Origin: Spirochaetia bacterium
GTDB lineage: Bacteria > Spirochaetota > Spirochaetia > UBA9216
NCBI GenBank assembly: GCA_965140585.1
Contig: OZ223269.1
Coordinates: forward strand, 320,001 to 384,000
Length of the DNA stretch: 64,000 nt
Direction of reading: 5' to 3'
Of the stretch, positions 29,121 through 39,167 are shown one piece after another. Under the pieces are notes generated by a model. The model was not told the origin of the DNA. It worked only from the letters and a program-made list of their open reading frames with translations, and made no database searches. Each line of letters starts with the position of its first letter. The first letter of the stretch is position 1. A program made the translations under genes and the position numbers.

Positions 29121-29648
29121 ATGAAAAAGGATATCAAGATAGCCATATCAGGCAAGAGCGGCTGCGGTAATACAACTGTAACCGGTCTTGTTGCTGAAAA
29201 ACTTGGACTGAAAATGATTAACTATACCTTCAGGCAGATGGCTGATGAAATGGGAATTCCTTTTGAAGAGCTTCATGCTATGACCAAGGATGATTTTTCA
29301 TATGACCGAAAGCTTGATAACCGGAATGTTGAGCTGGCTATGGAAGGAAACTGTGTATACGGAAGCCGCCTTGCTATCTGGATGCTTAAAGAGGCTGACC
29401 TGAAAATTTATTTAACAGCTTCCGATGAGGTCAGGGCTTCAAGAATTCACAATAGGGAAGGCGGAGATTCGAAGGCCATTGCCGATTTTACAAAAAAAAG
29501 GGATCAAAATGATTCCGAGCGTTACCGTCAGATATACGACATTGATAATAATGATTTTGCCTTTGCTGATCTTATCATAAATGTAGACCGTTTCAATCAG
29601 TATCAGGTTGCAGATATCATAATAAAAGCTGCGGAATCTTTACAATAA
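29121..29648 (+). CDS. cmk: Cytidylate kinase-like NMP kinase (archaeal-type family)
   Basis: IAISGKSGCGNTT, FRQMA, GSRLAIW, RIHNREG, RYRQIYDID. Confidence 0.8.
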   Translation: MKKDIKIAISGKSGCGNTTVTGLVAEKLGLKMINYTFRQMADEMGIPFEELHAMTKDDFSYDRKLDNRNVELAMEGNCVYGSRLAIWMLKEADLKIYLTASDEVRASRIHNREGGDSKAIADFTKKRDQNDSERYRQIYDIDNNDFAFADLIINVDRFNQYQVADIIIKAAESLQ

Positions 29649-29702
29649 AGCCGAATTTTGTTATATTTTATTATAAATTTGAAAGAAATCCAGGAGTAGC
29701 CG

Positions 29703-29894
29703 ATGATTCTTCCTCTCTATAAACTTATTGATCTTCAGGAAGATGTATATGCCTGTACATCTGCAATTATCAAAAGAGCACAGCAGGTTACCGTTGCAGG
29801 TGATGAAGACCTCGATAGAAATAACGGCAAGGTTGTATCAACTGCAATAGATCAGATTCTTACATCTAAAGTTGAATACGCAATAGAGGACTAA
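29703..29894 (+). CDS. rpoZ: RNA polymerase omega subunit (short form)
   Basis: Y....AIIKRA.Q...KVVSTAI pattern; position downstream of yicC and a kinase. Confidence 0.75.
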   Translation: MILPLYKLIDLQEDVYACTSAIIKRAQQVTVAGDEDLDRNNGKVVSTAIDQILTSKVEYAIED

Positions 29895-29904
29895 ATACCG
29901 GTAA

Positions 29905-30837
29905 ATGGGCAGTATACCGGTTGTCCTGATTTTTGGACCTACCGCAACTGGGAAAACCAATCTTCTTCTTTCACCAGTCTTTAATAATTCAGAAATAATA
30001 AACGCAGACTCAATGCAGGTATATCGCGGAATGGATATCGGCACGGCCAAGCCGTCTGCTGATTTTCTGGGCGAAGTTAAGCATCACTTGATCGATATTC
30101 GTGAGCCCTCAATGCAGTTTCATGCCGGAGATTTCGTCCGTCTTGCAGATGAGCTTTGTTCCGATATCTTTCATCGTCAAAAGCTTCCAGTCATCTGCGG
30201 AGGTACAGGCTTTTATTTTAAAAATTTTATTTTCGGACTGCCTGAGGCTCCTGCTTCTTCAGAAGAAATCAGGGTCAGGCTTGAAAAACGTCTGCAGACC
30301 GAAGGTCCATCTGAATTACTCAAAGAACTCGCACAGGTTGACCCTGTATCCGCAGAACGAATAGAAAAAAATGATCATTACAGACTTGTCCGGACACTGG
30401 AGGTTTTTCAAAATACCGGTAAACCTCTCTCTGATTATAAGATTCCCGATACCCCTAGAGGCGGTTACAGGTTTTTTCTGATAGGGCTGGATCGTCCGCG
30501 GGATGAGCTTTACCGGAGAATAAATGAACGTGTAGAACAGATGCTCGATGAAGGACTTGAATCCGAGTTTAAGAAATTAAAAGAAGCTGGATACGGCCCC
30601 GAAGATCCGGGGATGAAGGCAATAGGCTACAGTGAATTTTTTGATTATGAATCAGGAAAGACAAGCTTTGAAAAAACTGTTGAGCTAATAAAACGCAATT
30701 CCAGACGTTATGCAAAGCGGCAGATTACTTTCTTCCGTCAGCTCCCTGATATCAACTGGTACAGTCCGGAAGACCTGGAAGGAATATCAGACGCTGTCAG
30801 GGAATTTGCCGTAACAACTCAGCAGAAGAATCGCTAA
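29905..30837 (+). CDS. miaA: tRNA dimethylallyltransferase
   Basis: GPTATGKT, DSMQVYRGMDIGTAKP, GGTGFY, AIGY, RRYAKRQ. Confidence 0.96.
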   Translation: MGSIPVVLIFGPTATGKTNLLLSPVFNNSEIINADSMQVYRGMDIGTAKPSADFLGEVKHHLIDIREPSMQFHAGDFVRLADELCSDIFHRQKLPVICGGTGFYFKNFIFGLPEAPASSEEIRVRLEKRLQTEGPSELLKELAQVDPVSAERIEKNDHYRLVRTLEVFQNTGKPLSDYKIPDTPRGGYRFFLIGLDRPRDELYRRINERVEQMLDEGLESEFKKLKEAGYGPEDPGMKAIGYSEFFDYESGKTSFEKTVELIKRNSRRYAKRQITFFRQLPDINWYSPEDLEGISDAVREFAVTTQQKNR

Positions 30838-31388
30838 ATATCCTTTTCGCCGAACACAATAGCAGTAAAAAGATAAATCTCCATTGCAGGATCTTTCCAT
30901 GCATCCGGTGGAAGCCCGGCTTTCAGGCATGTATGCTGTACAAATCTGTCGCGGTCCCAGCCCTGCTCGATTGGTACCTGTGGAAGAAGCACCCCGGAGT
31001 GATATCCCTTTTTCATGAAGATGCCGTGCTTACCAACCTCAATTTCATTCACACCAGCTGCCTGATGCAGGGGAGAAAGGACAGATATTTCAATATCAAT
31101 CATATTCCACTCGCCTTTGGTCAGCGGTGGAAATCTGGGATCTTCAAAGGCCGCCGCGTGTGCCATTTCTTTAACTGTGGTAATTAACGGAAGTCTCCCG
31201 ACAATATTTCCAATACAGCCTCTAAGGCTTCCGGTAATATGAAGTGTAACAAAGGCTCCGCAGATTTCATTGAGAACCCCCGAAGCTTCGGGATATTCAG
31301 GATCTTCGCCGAAAAGTTCTGTCCTTATTCTTCCGCGTGCCGTTTGTATAAGAGCCGACTTCTCGTCGCCGGTGAGAGTGAAATCCAT
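30834..31388 (-). CDS. amrA: AMMECR1 domain protein (AmmeMemoRadiSam system protein A)
   Basis: GAFVTL, LRGCIG, AAFEDPRFPP, EISVLSP, GKHG, LLPQV, KAG. Confidence 0.93.
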   Translation of the reverse strand: MDFTLTGDEKSALIQTARGRIRTELFGEDPEYPEASGVLNEICGAFVTLHITGSLRGCIGNIVGRLPLITTVKEMAHAAAFEDPRFPPLTKGEWNMIDIEISVLSPLHQAAGVNEIEVGKHGIFMKKGYHSGVLLPQVPIEQGWDRDRFVQHTCLKAGLPPDAWKDPAMEIYLFTAIVFGEKDI

Positions 31389-31402
31389 TTCATCCTCCTT
31401 TT

Positions 31403-32812
31403 TTAATTCTCCGGGTTCATAATCCGGTCTATCCGCCTTTGATCAAGTATAACCGAAAGATTCTTTTCCTGGGTCGGCAGAACAAGCCCTGTTTTACCAT
31501 CTTTTGCCCTTCGAAGGTACTTGACCTGGGTATAATAGAGTTCTGCCTTCCCTGAGTTCCTGGCCTTACTGTAGAAGAGCGCCAGATTTCCTGCATCAAG
31601 CAGAATATCCAGTGGAACTGATTTCCCGGGCAATGTTTTAATGAATACATATCCGCCGGGATAATCTCTAGTATGCAGCCATATATCATTACCGCGGACG
31701 TGCTTTCGAAGCAGCTGATCATTCTCGGTTGCGCTGCGGCCTACAAGTATTCTGTACATTCCGGATCTGAAACTGAGTCCGGGAGTTGATTCTTTTTCTT
31801 TTGTCTTCTGTTGCTGCTTCGGTGAAGATTCCGAGATTTTTTTTAGAAGTGACGAATCCTCAGTTGTTTCTGCTATTAAAAGATCCCCTCTCAGGTTTTT
31901 AAGCTGGAGCCTGTGATTTTCAATATCCTCATTAACTATATCAATACCGGATTTTGCTTTTCTGTACATTGTATAGTATTTTTCCGCATTCTTTTCAGCA
32001 GTCAGCCTGGGATCAAGTTCGATATCAGTTTCTGTATTATCCTTGTAAAAATTTTCCACCTTAAGCCATTTTGCACCTTTTTGTGCAAGATGAAGGTTGC
32101 TCATTATCAGATCGCCTGTTTCCTTGTATTCTTCGTAAGGTCCGTATTCAGAAGCTTTCCGCTCAAGGTTTTTAAGAGTGCTTTCTATCCGGTTAATAGC
32201 AGCCGTAATTATTTTAACGGCTCGGTCGCGAAGGCGGTCAATGTTTTCATTTTCTTCAACATGGGAATAATATTCATCAATAAAGTTATTGAAACTTTGA
32301 GATGAATCATAATCCCTGATTTCAAAAACCTTTCCGGAAGAATTCCCTTTGTTTTCCGGCAAAGTGAATACACTGCCTGAGGTTTCTCCCCGTTTCGGCC
32401 TCCGGTAGAAAGCATCAAGGATTTTCTGCTCAGAATCAGTGGCTATAATATTAGCTGCTCCGCTCCATAAGCGGACCCACAGAACAGTAGTTTCACCGCT
32501 GCGTGAGATCTCGATTTTAATTATTCGATCCTGATTGATCTGCTGAATGCCTGTTATCTTACCGCCCTTGATTCGGGCTCTCATAAGCTGGGCAAAGCGC
32601 TGAAGTTTTATTTCTGAAACAGCTGAATTTGCTGTAGTATGGATTCTGGTTTTACCCGGTGCCAGACCGATTATCAAATTGAATCTTCCGCCGGGACGAT
32701 AGAGCTCAAGAAAGAGACTGTGAAAGTCGGGCTGTTTTATCTTTTGAATATGGCAGCCGCTGAGACTGATTTCTTCAAGTATTTTATCTATTTCTACACA
32801 ATTTAGAGACAT
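31403..32812 (-). CDS. rqcH: NFACT/FbpA family ribosome quality control protein
   Basis: DRII, AEKYY..YRKAK, VGRSATEND, DIWLH, YTQVKYLR. Confidence 0.88.
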   Translation of the reverse strand: MSLNCVEIDKILEEISLSGCHIQKIKQPDFHSLFLELYRPGGRFNLIIGLAPGKTRIHTTANSAVSEIKLQRFAQLMRARIKGGKITGIQQINQDRIIKIEISRSGETTVLWVRLWSGAANIIATDSEQKILDAFYRRPKRGETSGSVFTLPENKGNSSGKVFEIRDYDSSQSFNNFIDEYYSHVEENENIDRLRDRAVKIITAAINRIESTLKNLERKASEYGPYEEYKETGDLIMSNLHLAQKGAKWLKVENFYKDNTETDIELDPRLTAEKNAEKYYTMYRKAKSGIDIVNEDIENHRLQLKNLRGDLLIAETTEDSSLLKKISESSPKQQQKTKEKESTPGLSFRSGMYRILVGRSATENDQLLRKHVRGNDIWLHTRDYPGGYVFIKTLPGKSVPLDILLDAGNLALFYSKARNSGKAELYYTQVKYLRRAKDGKTGLVLPTQEKNLSVILDQRRIDRIMNPEN

Positions 32813-32821
32813 TCGGGAATT

Positions 32822-33376
32822 CTATACGGACATCTTAAGCTTATCAAGCACCTCTGAATATATATCTGCATCTTTCTCACTGAAGAATACGAGTGTTACC
32901 TCGCGCGGAAGGCTGCTGCTCTGCAGATGAGACGCAATTGTATCTACCGCAATTTCAGTAGCCAGTTTTTTCGGGAATCCGTACACGCCGGTTGAAATGG
33001 AAGGAAAGGCAAGTGTTTTAACCCCGGTTTCGGCCGCAAGCTGGAGTGAGTTCCGGTAGGCATTGGCCAGAATTTCGCGTTCACCGCTTTTGCCGCCGTG
33101 CCAGATGGGCCCTACGGTGTGAATAACATATTCACAGGGCATTGTTCCACCGCTGGTCAATACAGCCCTTCCGGGCGGCAGCCCCTCAGGATATCTGTGA
33201 GTGCGTATATCCCTGCATTCATCAAGGATAACCGGACCGCCGGCACTGTGAATTGCTCCGTCAACACCGCCGCCCCCAAGAAGACTGGAGTTGGCTGCGT
33301 TGACAATTGCATCAACATCAAGAACCGTAATATCACCGACTACAAAACGCAGTCTGTCTGAAGGAATCTTCTCCAT
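32822..33376 (-). CDS. Macrodomain O-acetyl-ADP-ribose deacetylase / ADP-ribosylhydrolase
   Basis: GDIT, AIVNAANSSLLGGGGVDGAIH, VIHTVGP, AFPSISTGVYGFP. Confidence 0.95.
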   Translation of the reverse strand: MEKIPSDRLRFVVGDITVLDVDAIVNAANSSLLGGGGVDGAIHSAGGPVILDECRDIRTHRYPEGLPPGRAVLTSGGTMPCEYVIHTVGPIWHGGKSGEREILANAYRNSLQLAAETGVKTLAFPSISTGVYGFPKKLATEIAVDTIASHLQSSSLPREVTLVFFSEKDADIYSEVLDKLKMSV

Positions 33377-33450
33377 AGACTAATATGATAAGAGCACGAA
33401 AGCATAACTGTCTACAGTAAAATAGCCGTATAAACAGAAAAAGTTTAAAT

Positions 33451-34503
33451 TCAGAGACTTTTCAATGCTTCAACCAGTATTTTCATATCTTTATCAGTTC
33501 CGATCGTTATTCTTACAAAGTCATCGATACCAGGTTTATTAAAATAACGTACCAGTATCTTTTTTTCCTTAAGCTTAGAATATACTTCCTCACCGTTTAA
33601 TCCCTGTTTTCTGGCAAATACAAAATTTGCTTTTGATGGCAGGACTTCCCAGCCGGATGCCTCAATTTCTGATGTAAACCATTCCCTTGTATTTATAATT
33701 TTTGAGATAATTTCTTTAGAGTAGGCACTGTCTGTAACTGCAAGTTCTCCGCAGGTTTGAGCAATGAGATCTACAGGGTAGGAATTAAAGGAATCTTTTA
33801 CGGTGTTCAATGCTGTGATAAGCTCAGGTGTACCAAGTGCATATCCGAGTCTTAGTCCTGCAAGCGAAGAGCTTTTGGAGAAGGTTCTCACGACAAGCAG
33901 ATTGCTGTAGGATTCTATCAGCGATGATGCGCTCTCTCCGCCGAAAGCAATATATGCTTCATCTATGCATACAAGCCTGTCGGAAGGGTATGAATTAAGC
34001 AGATATTTAATCTCATCAAGTGTGAGGCAGACGCCTGTCGGTGCATTAGGGTTTGGAACGATAATGCCTGTGGATTTTTCTTTAAGATAACTGTCGATAT
34101 CGAGTGAAAAATCTGTTTTAAGCGGAACCTTCTTGTAAGGGATTGAATAAAAGCCGGAATACACAGGGTAAAATGAGTAGGTGAACTCTGGAAACAGGAG
34201 GGGACCGTTTATCCCGTCAAAGAAACCGAAGAAAACAAAAGAGAGAACCTCATCTGAGCCGTTTCCTATAAAAACATTTTCCGGCTTCAGATTATTATCA
34301 TCGGCTATAGCCTTTCTGAGTTTCAGTGATGTCGGTTCGGGATAGAGTCTGAGCCTTGAATGATCGAATGTATGCAGGAAATCCAAAATTTTGGGTGTCG
34401 GAGGATAGGGATTCTCATTAGTATTCAGTTTAATATACTGTCCGTCCTGCGGCTGCTCTCCCGGCACGTAGGGAGTAAGCTGGTTCATTCTGTCTGCAAA
34501 CAT
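33451..34503 (-). CDS. hisC: Histidinol-phosphate aminotransferase
   Basis: YVPGEQP, KLNTNENPY, GNGSDE, NPNAPTG, DEAY, RTFSK, LAGLRLG. Confidence 0.94.
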   Translation of the reverse strand: MFADRMNQLTPYVPGEQPQDGQYIKLNTNENPYPPTPKILDFLHTFDHSRLRLYPEPTSLKLRKAIADDNNLKPENVFIGNGSDEVLSFVFFGFFDGINGPLLFPEFTYSFYPVYSGFYSIPYKKVPLKTDFSLDIDSYLKEKSTGIIVPNPNAPTGVCLTLDEIKYLLNSYPSDRLVCIDEAYIAFGGESASSLIESYSNLLVVRTFSKSSSLAGLRLGYALGTPELITALNTVKDSFNSYPVDLIAQTCGELAVTDSAYSKEIISKIINTREWFTSEIEASGWEVLPSKANFVFARKQGLNGEEVYSKLKEKKILVRYFNKPGIDDFVRITIGTDKDMKILVEALKSL

Positions 34504-34579
34504 CTTATGACTCCATATAAATAGTTTTAAGGCATTCCTATATTATCTGAAGTAATAATTATTGTCAGCAGTATTAGTA

Positions 34580-35875
34580 TCAGCTTATGAGTTTTCTTAT
34601 TTCTGCAGCCATATAAAAGCTTCCGGTAACAAGTACCGCTCCGCCTTTTGATAATGCAGCTGAGAGCGCCTTTTCCGGATCTGGTTCAAAAACTGTGCGC
34701 GGATTGATTTCTTTGAAAATTTTAAAGACTGTTTCGGGTGAGTTCGGTTTGAAACTGCCCGGAGTTGAAATAATGATCGTATTGAAGTGACTGCAGATAT
34801 TCTTAGCCATTCCACTTATATCTTTACCGTCTACAGCTCCGAAAATCAAAGTCCCGTTTCCATAAACTGATTTAAAAGCCTCTGCTGCTATATCTACGGA
34901 TACAGGGGTGTGTGCTCCGTCAATCATTACTGAAGAATCGGTACCTCTGACATTCGGAAAAAGTTCACTGCGCCCGGGCAGCGAGGCTGTTTCGATTCCG
35001 GACAACGTATCCAGCCCGGGGAGCAGATTGCTGATACATAACGAGGCAAGGGCTGCATTTTCAGCCTGAATACGTCCGCACATCTTCAGAGTCAAAGCAT
35101 CAGCTGTCCCGCTTTTCCATTTAAACACAGCATGAAAGGGATCTTTCATTTCAATATTATCGAGTACATCAGGAAGAAAACAAAGTGATGAGTTCATCTG
35201 AGCAGCCTTGTTCCTGAATACCTCAGCGGCTTCTGTTTTCTGGGATGATGAGAATACGGGGATGTTATTTTTAATTATCCCGGCCTTTTCTCCGGCGATT
35301 TCAGCTATGGTATTTCCCAGAAACTCGGTGTGTTCAAGTTCAATGGGGGTAAGTATACAGGCTTCGGGAGACAGAACGTTTGTAGCATCAAGACGTCCGC
35401 CGAGACCTGTTTCAAATACTGCCCATTCAAGACCTTCCTTTCTGAAAATAAGAAAAGCAAGCAGGGTAAGCAGTTCAAAGGTAGTAGGAGGTCCCCCCGG
35501 CGGAAGAGCTCCATCAGGAAGAGCTTCAATAGTTTCAACCATCTCAGTGATGGTTTCAATGTAAACATTATCCTTAAAGTATTCACCGCAGAGACTTATG
35601 CGCTCTTTATATGTCTCAACATGAGGTGAGACAAAAAGACCGGTCTTGTATCCGCCTTCTTTAAGAATAAAAGCTGCAAATGCTGAAGTTGATCCCTTGC
35701 CCTTGGAGCCTGCTACATGGATTGATTTGAATGATTCCTGCGGATTTCCGAACACCGGCAGCAGAGCCTTCATCCGATCAAGACGGTATTCACGGGCAGT
35801 CAGACTTGGAGTCTTTTCAAGATTATTCAGTGATTCAAGATGAGTAAATGCTTCTTCTGCAGAATTGAACCGCAT
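34580..35875 (-). CDS. folC: Folylpolyglutamate synthase/dihydrofolate synthase
   Basis: HVAGSKGKGST, SPH, ETGLGGRLDATN, EKAGI, DGAH, GSFY. Confidence 0.94.
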   Translation of the reverse strand: MRFNSAEEAFTHLESLNNLEKTPSLTAREYRLDRMKALLPVFGNPQESFKSIHVAGSKGKGSTSAFAAFILKEGGYKTGLFVSPHVETYKERISLCGEYFKDNVYIETITEMVETIEALPDGALPPGGPPTTFELLTLLAFLIFRKEGLEWAVFETGLGGRLDATNVLSPEACILTPIELEHTEFLGNTIAEIAGEKAGIIKNNIPVFSSSQKTEAAEVFRNKAAQMNSSLCFLPDVLDNIEMKDPFHAVFKWKSGTADALTLKMCGRIQAENAALASLCISNLLPGLDTLSGIETASLPGRSELFPNVRGTDSSVMIDGAHTPVSVDIAAEAFKSVYGNGTLIFGAVDGKDISGMAKNICSHFNTIIISTPGSFKPNSPETVFKIFKEINPRTVFEPDPEKALSAALSKGGAVLVTGSFYMAAEIRKLIS

Positions 35876-35881
35876 TAAAAA

Positions 35882-37183
35882 TTAAAGACCTCTGTCTCTA
35901 AGTGCTGCCGCATGAGTAACAAAGCCTTCATAGTCAGCAATTGTTTTAACATGCTTTGCAGTTTCCTTAAGGCCTGAAGCACTGGCGTATACAACCGAGC
36001 TGTATTTGATAAAATCACGTACAGATACTGCAGAGTAGGTTTTTGCTCCGCCGCCTGTTGGAAGTACCGCATTTGCCCCGGTTGAGTAGTTTGCAATAGA
36101 GAAGGGTGTATTATCGCCCATGAGAATCTCTCCTGCATTTTTAATCAGCGGAAGCAGATCGAATGGATCTTCGGCCTGAATCTGTAGATGTTCGGGCGCA
36201 AAATCATTGATTATTTCAGCAGCTTCATCCATCGAATCGGTAATTATAATTCCACCGTAACCTGAGAGCACGTCAGTTACAAATGTTTTTCTGGGTTCCG
36301 GCAGCGCTGCTGCTTTTTCAGCAAGTACCGCTGCAGCCTTCTGTGCAAGTTCCTCCGAAGGGGTAATAAGCAGTGCTGATGAATCAGAACCGTGTTCAGC
36401 TTCAATAAGAAGATCAATTGCAACCTTAAAGGGATCAGCCGTGCCGTCTGCAAGCACTACAGACTCGGAAGGTCCTGCCGGAAGTCCGGCATCAACAACT
36501 GAAGACAGCAGCCGCTTTGCCGCGGCAACATACATGCTTCCGGGGCCGGAAAGCTTGATAACCGGCTTAATACTTTCGGTTCCAAGCGCCAGGGCGGCAA
36601 TTGCCTGCGCCCCGCCGATTCTATAGATCTCTTTTACACCGCATAGTTCTGCAGCATATAGACAGGCCGGATCAACAGTACCGTCCTCATTGGGCGGGGT
36701 TACTATAACGATTCTTTCGACCCCGGCAATAACTGCCGGGACCGCCAGCATGTAAAGCATTGAGGGAAAACTGCCCCTGCCGCGGGGGACATACAGCCCG
36801 ACGGACTCAATTGCCGTAGCTCTTTCACCTGCAAAGATGCCGGGTCTGATTTCGCTGAAGCTCATTGCCTCGGGAAGCTGGCTTTTATGGAATTTTTTTA
36901 CGTTCTCAATGGAAAACTCAAGAGCTTTTTTCAGTTCATCATCAATAAGATAGGAGGCTGCACGGAATTCTTCTTCTGTTACCCGCAGCGGTGTCCCATT
37001 CAGATTAATCTTGTCGAATTTTGCTGTAAGTTCGTAAAGGGCATCATCTCCCCTGTCTTTAACCTCGTCAATTATGTCCTGAACAGAAGAACTGATATTA
37101 CTTATATCTGTTTCAGATCTTGAGAAAATCTGTTTTTTTTCTTTTTCAGACAGAGAACTCCATCTGCGAATATTAATGTTCAT
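35882..37183 (-). CDS. hisD: Histidinol dehydrogenase
   Basis: GLYVP, GGAQAIAALALGT, GPG, AGPSE, AEHG, APEHL, VLPTGG. Confidence 0.92.
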   Translation of the reverse strand: MNINIRRWSSLSEKEKKQIFSRSETDISNISSSVQDIIDEVKDRGDDALYELTAKFDKINLNGTPLRVTEEEFRAASYLIDDELKKALEFSIENVKKFHKSQLPEAMSFSEIRPGIFAGERATAIESVGLYVPRGRGSFPSMLYMLAVPAVIAGVERIVIVTPPNEDGTVDPACLYAAELCGVKEIYRIGGAQAIAALALGTESIKPVIKLSGPGSMYVAAAKRLLSSVVDAGLPAGPSESVVLADGTADPFKVAIDLLIEAEHGSDSSALLITPSEELAQKAAAVLAEKAAALPEPRKTFVTDVLSGYGGIIITDSMDEAAEIINDFAPEHLQIQAEDPFDLLPLIKNAGEILMGDNTPFSIANYSTGANAVLPTGGGAKTYSAVSVRDFIKYSSVVYASASGLKETAKHVKTIADYEGFVTHAAALRDRGL

Positions 37184-37202
37184 AAAATTCCTCTCAGTAT
37201 AC

Positions 37203-39167
37203 TTAAAAGCCTACAGGGAAGGATATCTGTACCAGAGTTCCTTCCTCGCTGCTTATCTGCAGAACTCCGTTGAGTTGAAATGCAAGGCTTTTGATTATAT
37301 CAAGGCCGAGGCCCTTGGTTTCAATGTCCGCTCTTTCCGGTTTAAATCCTATCCCATTGTCGGAGACCGCCAGTACATAAGATTCATCCTGCGAAAAGAT
37401 GTTTATCCTTACGATTCCCTTGCCTCTTCGAGGGAACGCGTGGGTGAAGCTGTTTGAGACAACCTCGTTTATTATTAGTCCGCAAAGCACCGCCCTGTCC
37501 AAATCAAGCTGAAAAGATTCAACATCGATATCAACCTTTATATTCGGTCCAACGGCATGATTATCTCTCATATTGGATATCAGCTTAGTGATATAGTTTG
37601 TTACATTGATAGACGGAATTTTATCTTCACTATAGATATTATCATGCACAAGGGCCATTGATTCGATTCTGTCTCTTGCAGCCTTCATCTTTTTTACAAC
37701 GAGCATATTCTCACTCTGCTGTTCCTGGAGTGAAAGGAGGCTGGAAATCAGCTGCATATTATTCTTAACACGGTGATTTATTTCACTTATCAGAAAGTCT
37801 TTCTCAGTTAGTGTTTTCTGAAGTTCTTCCTGTATTTCCTTCTGCCGGCTTACATCAGTGATTAAGCCTTCGATGGTAACCGGGATTCCGTTCGTATCAG
37901 AAATGCTTATTGCTTTCTGATAAAGCCATCGCCTTCCTCCTGAGGCATCAATGATCATATACTCTGCACCGTTTCCTGAACTCTCTCCGCTGAGAAGGTG
38001 AGAATAGGCTGAAAGAAACTCATTTTTAGGAGCAATCTGAAGAAGATCTACAAGACCTTCCATATCAAGATTTGCAGTTTTATCAACCGGATAGCCGGTT
38101 ATGAAAGTGAAGGATGAATTCATAAAATCGAATTTATTTTCGGGTATTGAATATGAAAAGACAATGGCTTCAACGTTCTCTGTAATACGCTTGTATCTTG
38201 ATTCCTGGTATTCAATCTGTTTTTCAGACTGAACATTTCTGGTTGCTTCTTTGAAAAAAATGGATAAAAGAAGTCCAAGCTCCTTATCCTCTGAAACGAA
38301 TGGAGGGTTTGTTTTGCTGTGCATGGAAAGAAGACCTATGACATTTCCGTTCTGATCTGGCAGTGGGAATACCATAAAGGACGAATCAGTATATCCTTCG
38401 TAACCGCTGGAATGAAGATCCGGGAAGCTGTCAATATTATTTATCAGAATGCTTTTCCCTTCTTCAAGTACTTTCTTGAAAACAGAGTTCTCTCTTAACG
38501 GGAAGGGGATGAACTCTTGGGCATGTCCCCTGTCCAGAGCATGTACAAGCTTCAGGCCCTCATCTTCCTTGAAATATATGCTGCCGCCGGTTGCCATGAG
38601 GTGGGTGCCGAAATCATCAAGAATTCTAATTCCCATTTCGCGCATACGCCGTACTGTCGTAATGGATATGGTTGAATTTATAACCTTGTTAAGCCTGCTG
38701 TTAAAATCAGAAAGCTGTCGGCTTTTTTCTTCAAGTTCTGCTGTTTTTCTTGAAACTTCTTCTTCAAGATGCTGCTGGTAAAGCCTGTCTTCCTTCCTCT
38801 GTCTGCTTCGGGCAAGCGTCTTGGTGATAGCTGAACGGAGAATCTCCATATCGCCTATTGGTTTTAGAATATAATCCCAGGCTCCGTTGTGAAGGGCATC
38901 AATGGCTGTAGAAATTTCACCTGCTCCTGATACTACAATCAGGGGAATTGTGTCTGAAATACTGTGCAGTATTTTGACAACCTCAAGTCCGTCCAAGCCT
39001 GGCATTCTCAGATCTATCAGAACCGCATCGGGTTTGCGATTTTTGAATATATCTATTCCTTCCTCACCGTTTTCCGCTTCAATCACGTTATAATCGTAAT
39101 CTTCCAAAAATTCTTTTATTGAGTTTCGTACTGCTTTTTCATCATCAATTGTAAGAACTGTTATCAT
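37203..39167 (-). CDS. REC-GAF-PAS-HisKA_2 hybrid histidine kinase
   Basis: IDDE, DLRMPGLDG, DYILKP; GAF-like segment; EINHRVKNNMQ, NEVVSNS, DNGIG, GLGL. Confidence 0.9.
   Translation of the reverse strand: MITVLTIDDEKAVRNSIKEFLEDYDYNVIEAENGEEGIDIFKNRKPDAVLIDLRMPGLDGLEVVKILHSISDTIPLIVVSGAGEISTAIDALHNGAWDYILKPIGDMEILRSAITKTLARSRQRKEDRLYQQHLEEEVSRKTAELEEKSRQLSDFNSRLNKVINSTISITTVRRMREMGIRILDDFGTHLMATGGSIYFKEDEGLKLVHALDRGHAQEFIPFPLRENSVFKKVLEEGKSILINNIDSFPDLHSSGYEGYTDSSFMVFPLPDQNGNVIGLLSMHSKTNPPFVSEDKELGLLLSIFFKEATRNVQSEKQIEYQESRYKRITENVEAIVFSYSIPENKFDFMNSSFTFITGYPVDKTANLDMEGLVDLLQIAPKNEFLSAYSHLLSGESSGNGAEYMIIDASGGRRWLYQKAISISDTNGIPVTIEGLITDVSRQKEIQEELQKTLTEKDFLISEINHRVKNNMQLISSLLSLQEQQSENMLVVKKMKAARDRIESMALVHDNIYSEDKIPSINVTNYITKLISNMRDNHAVGPNIKVDIDVESFQLDLDRAVLCGLIINEVVSNSFTHAFPRRGKGIVRINIFSQDESYVLAVSDNGIGFKPERADIETKGLGLDIIKSLAFQLNGVLQISSEEGTLVQISFPVGF

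Noticed and set aside
29121-29648. Annotating the kinase as gmk from position alone
   Set aside because: The sequence lacks guanylate kinase motifs (TTR.PR.GE..G..Y.F); kept only as a functional hypothesis
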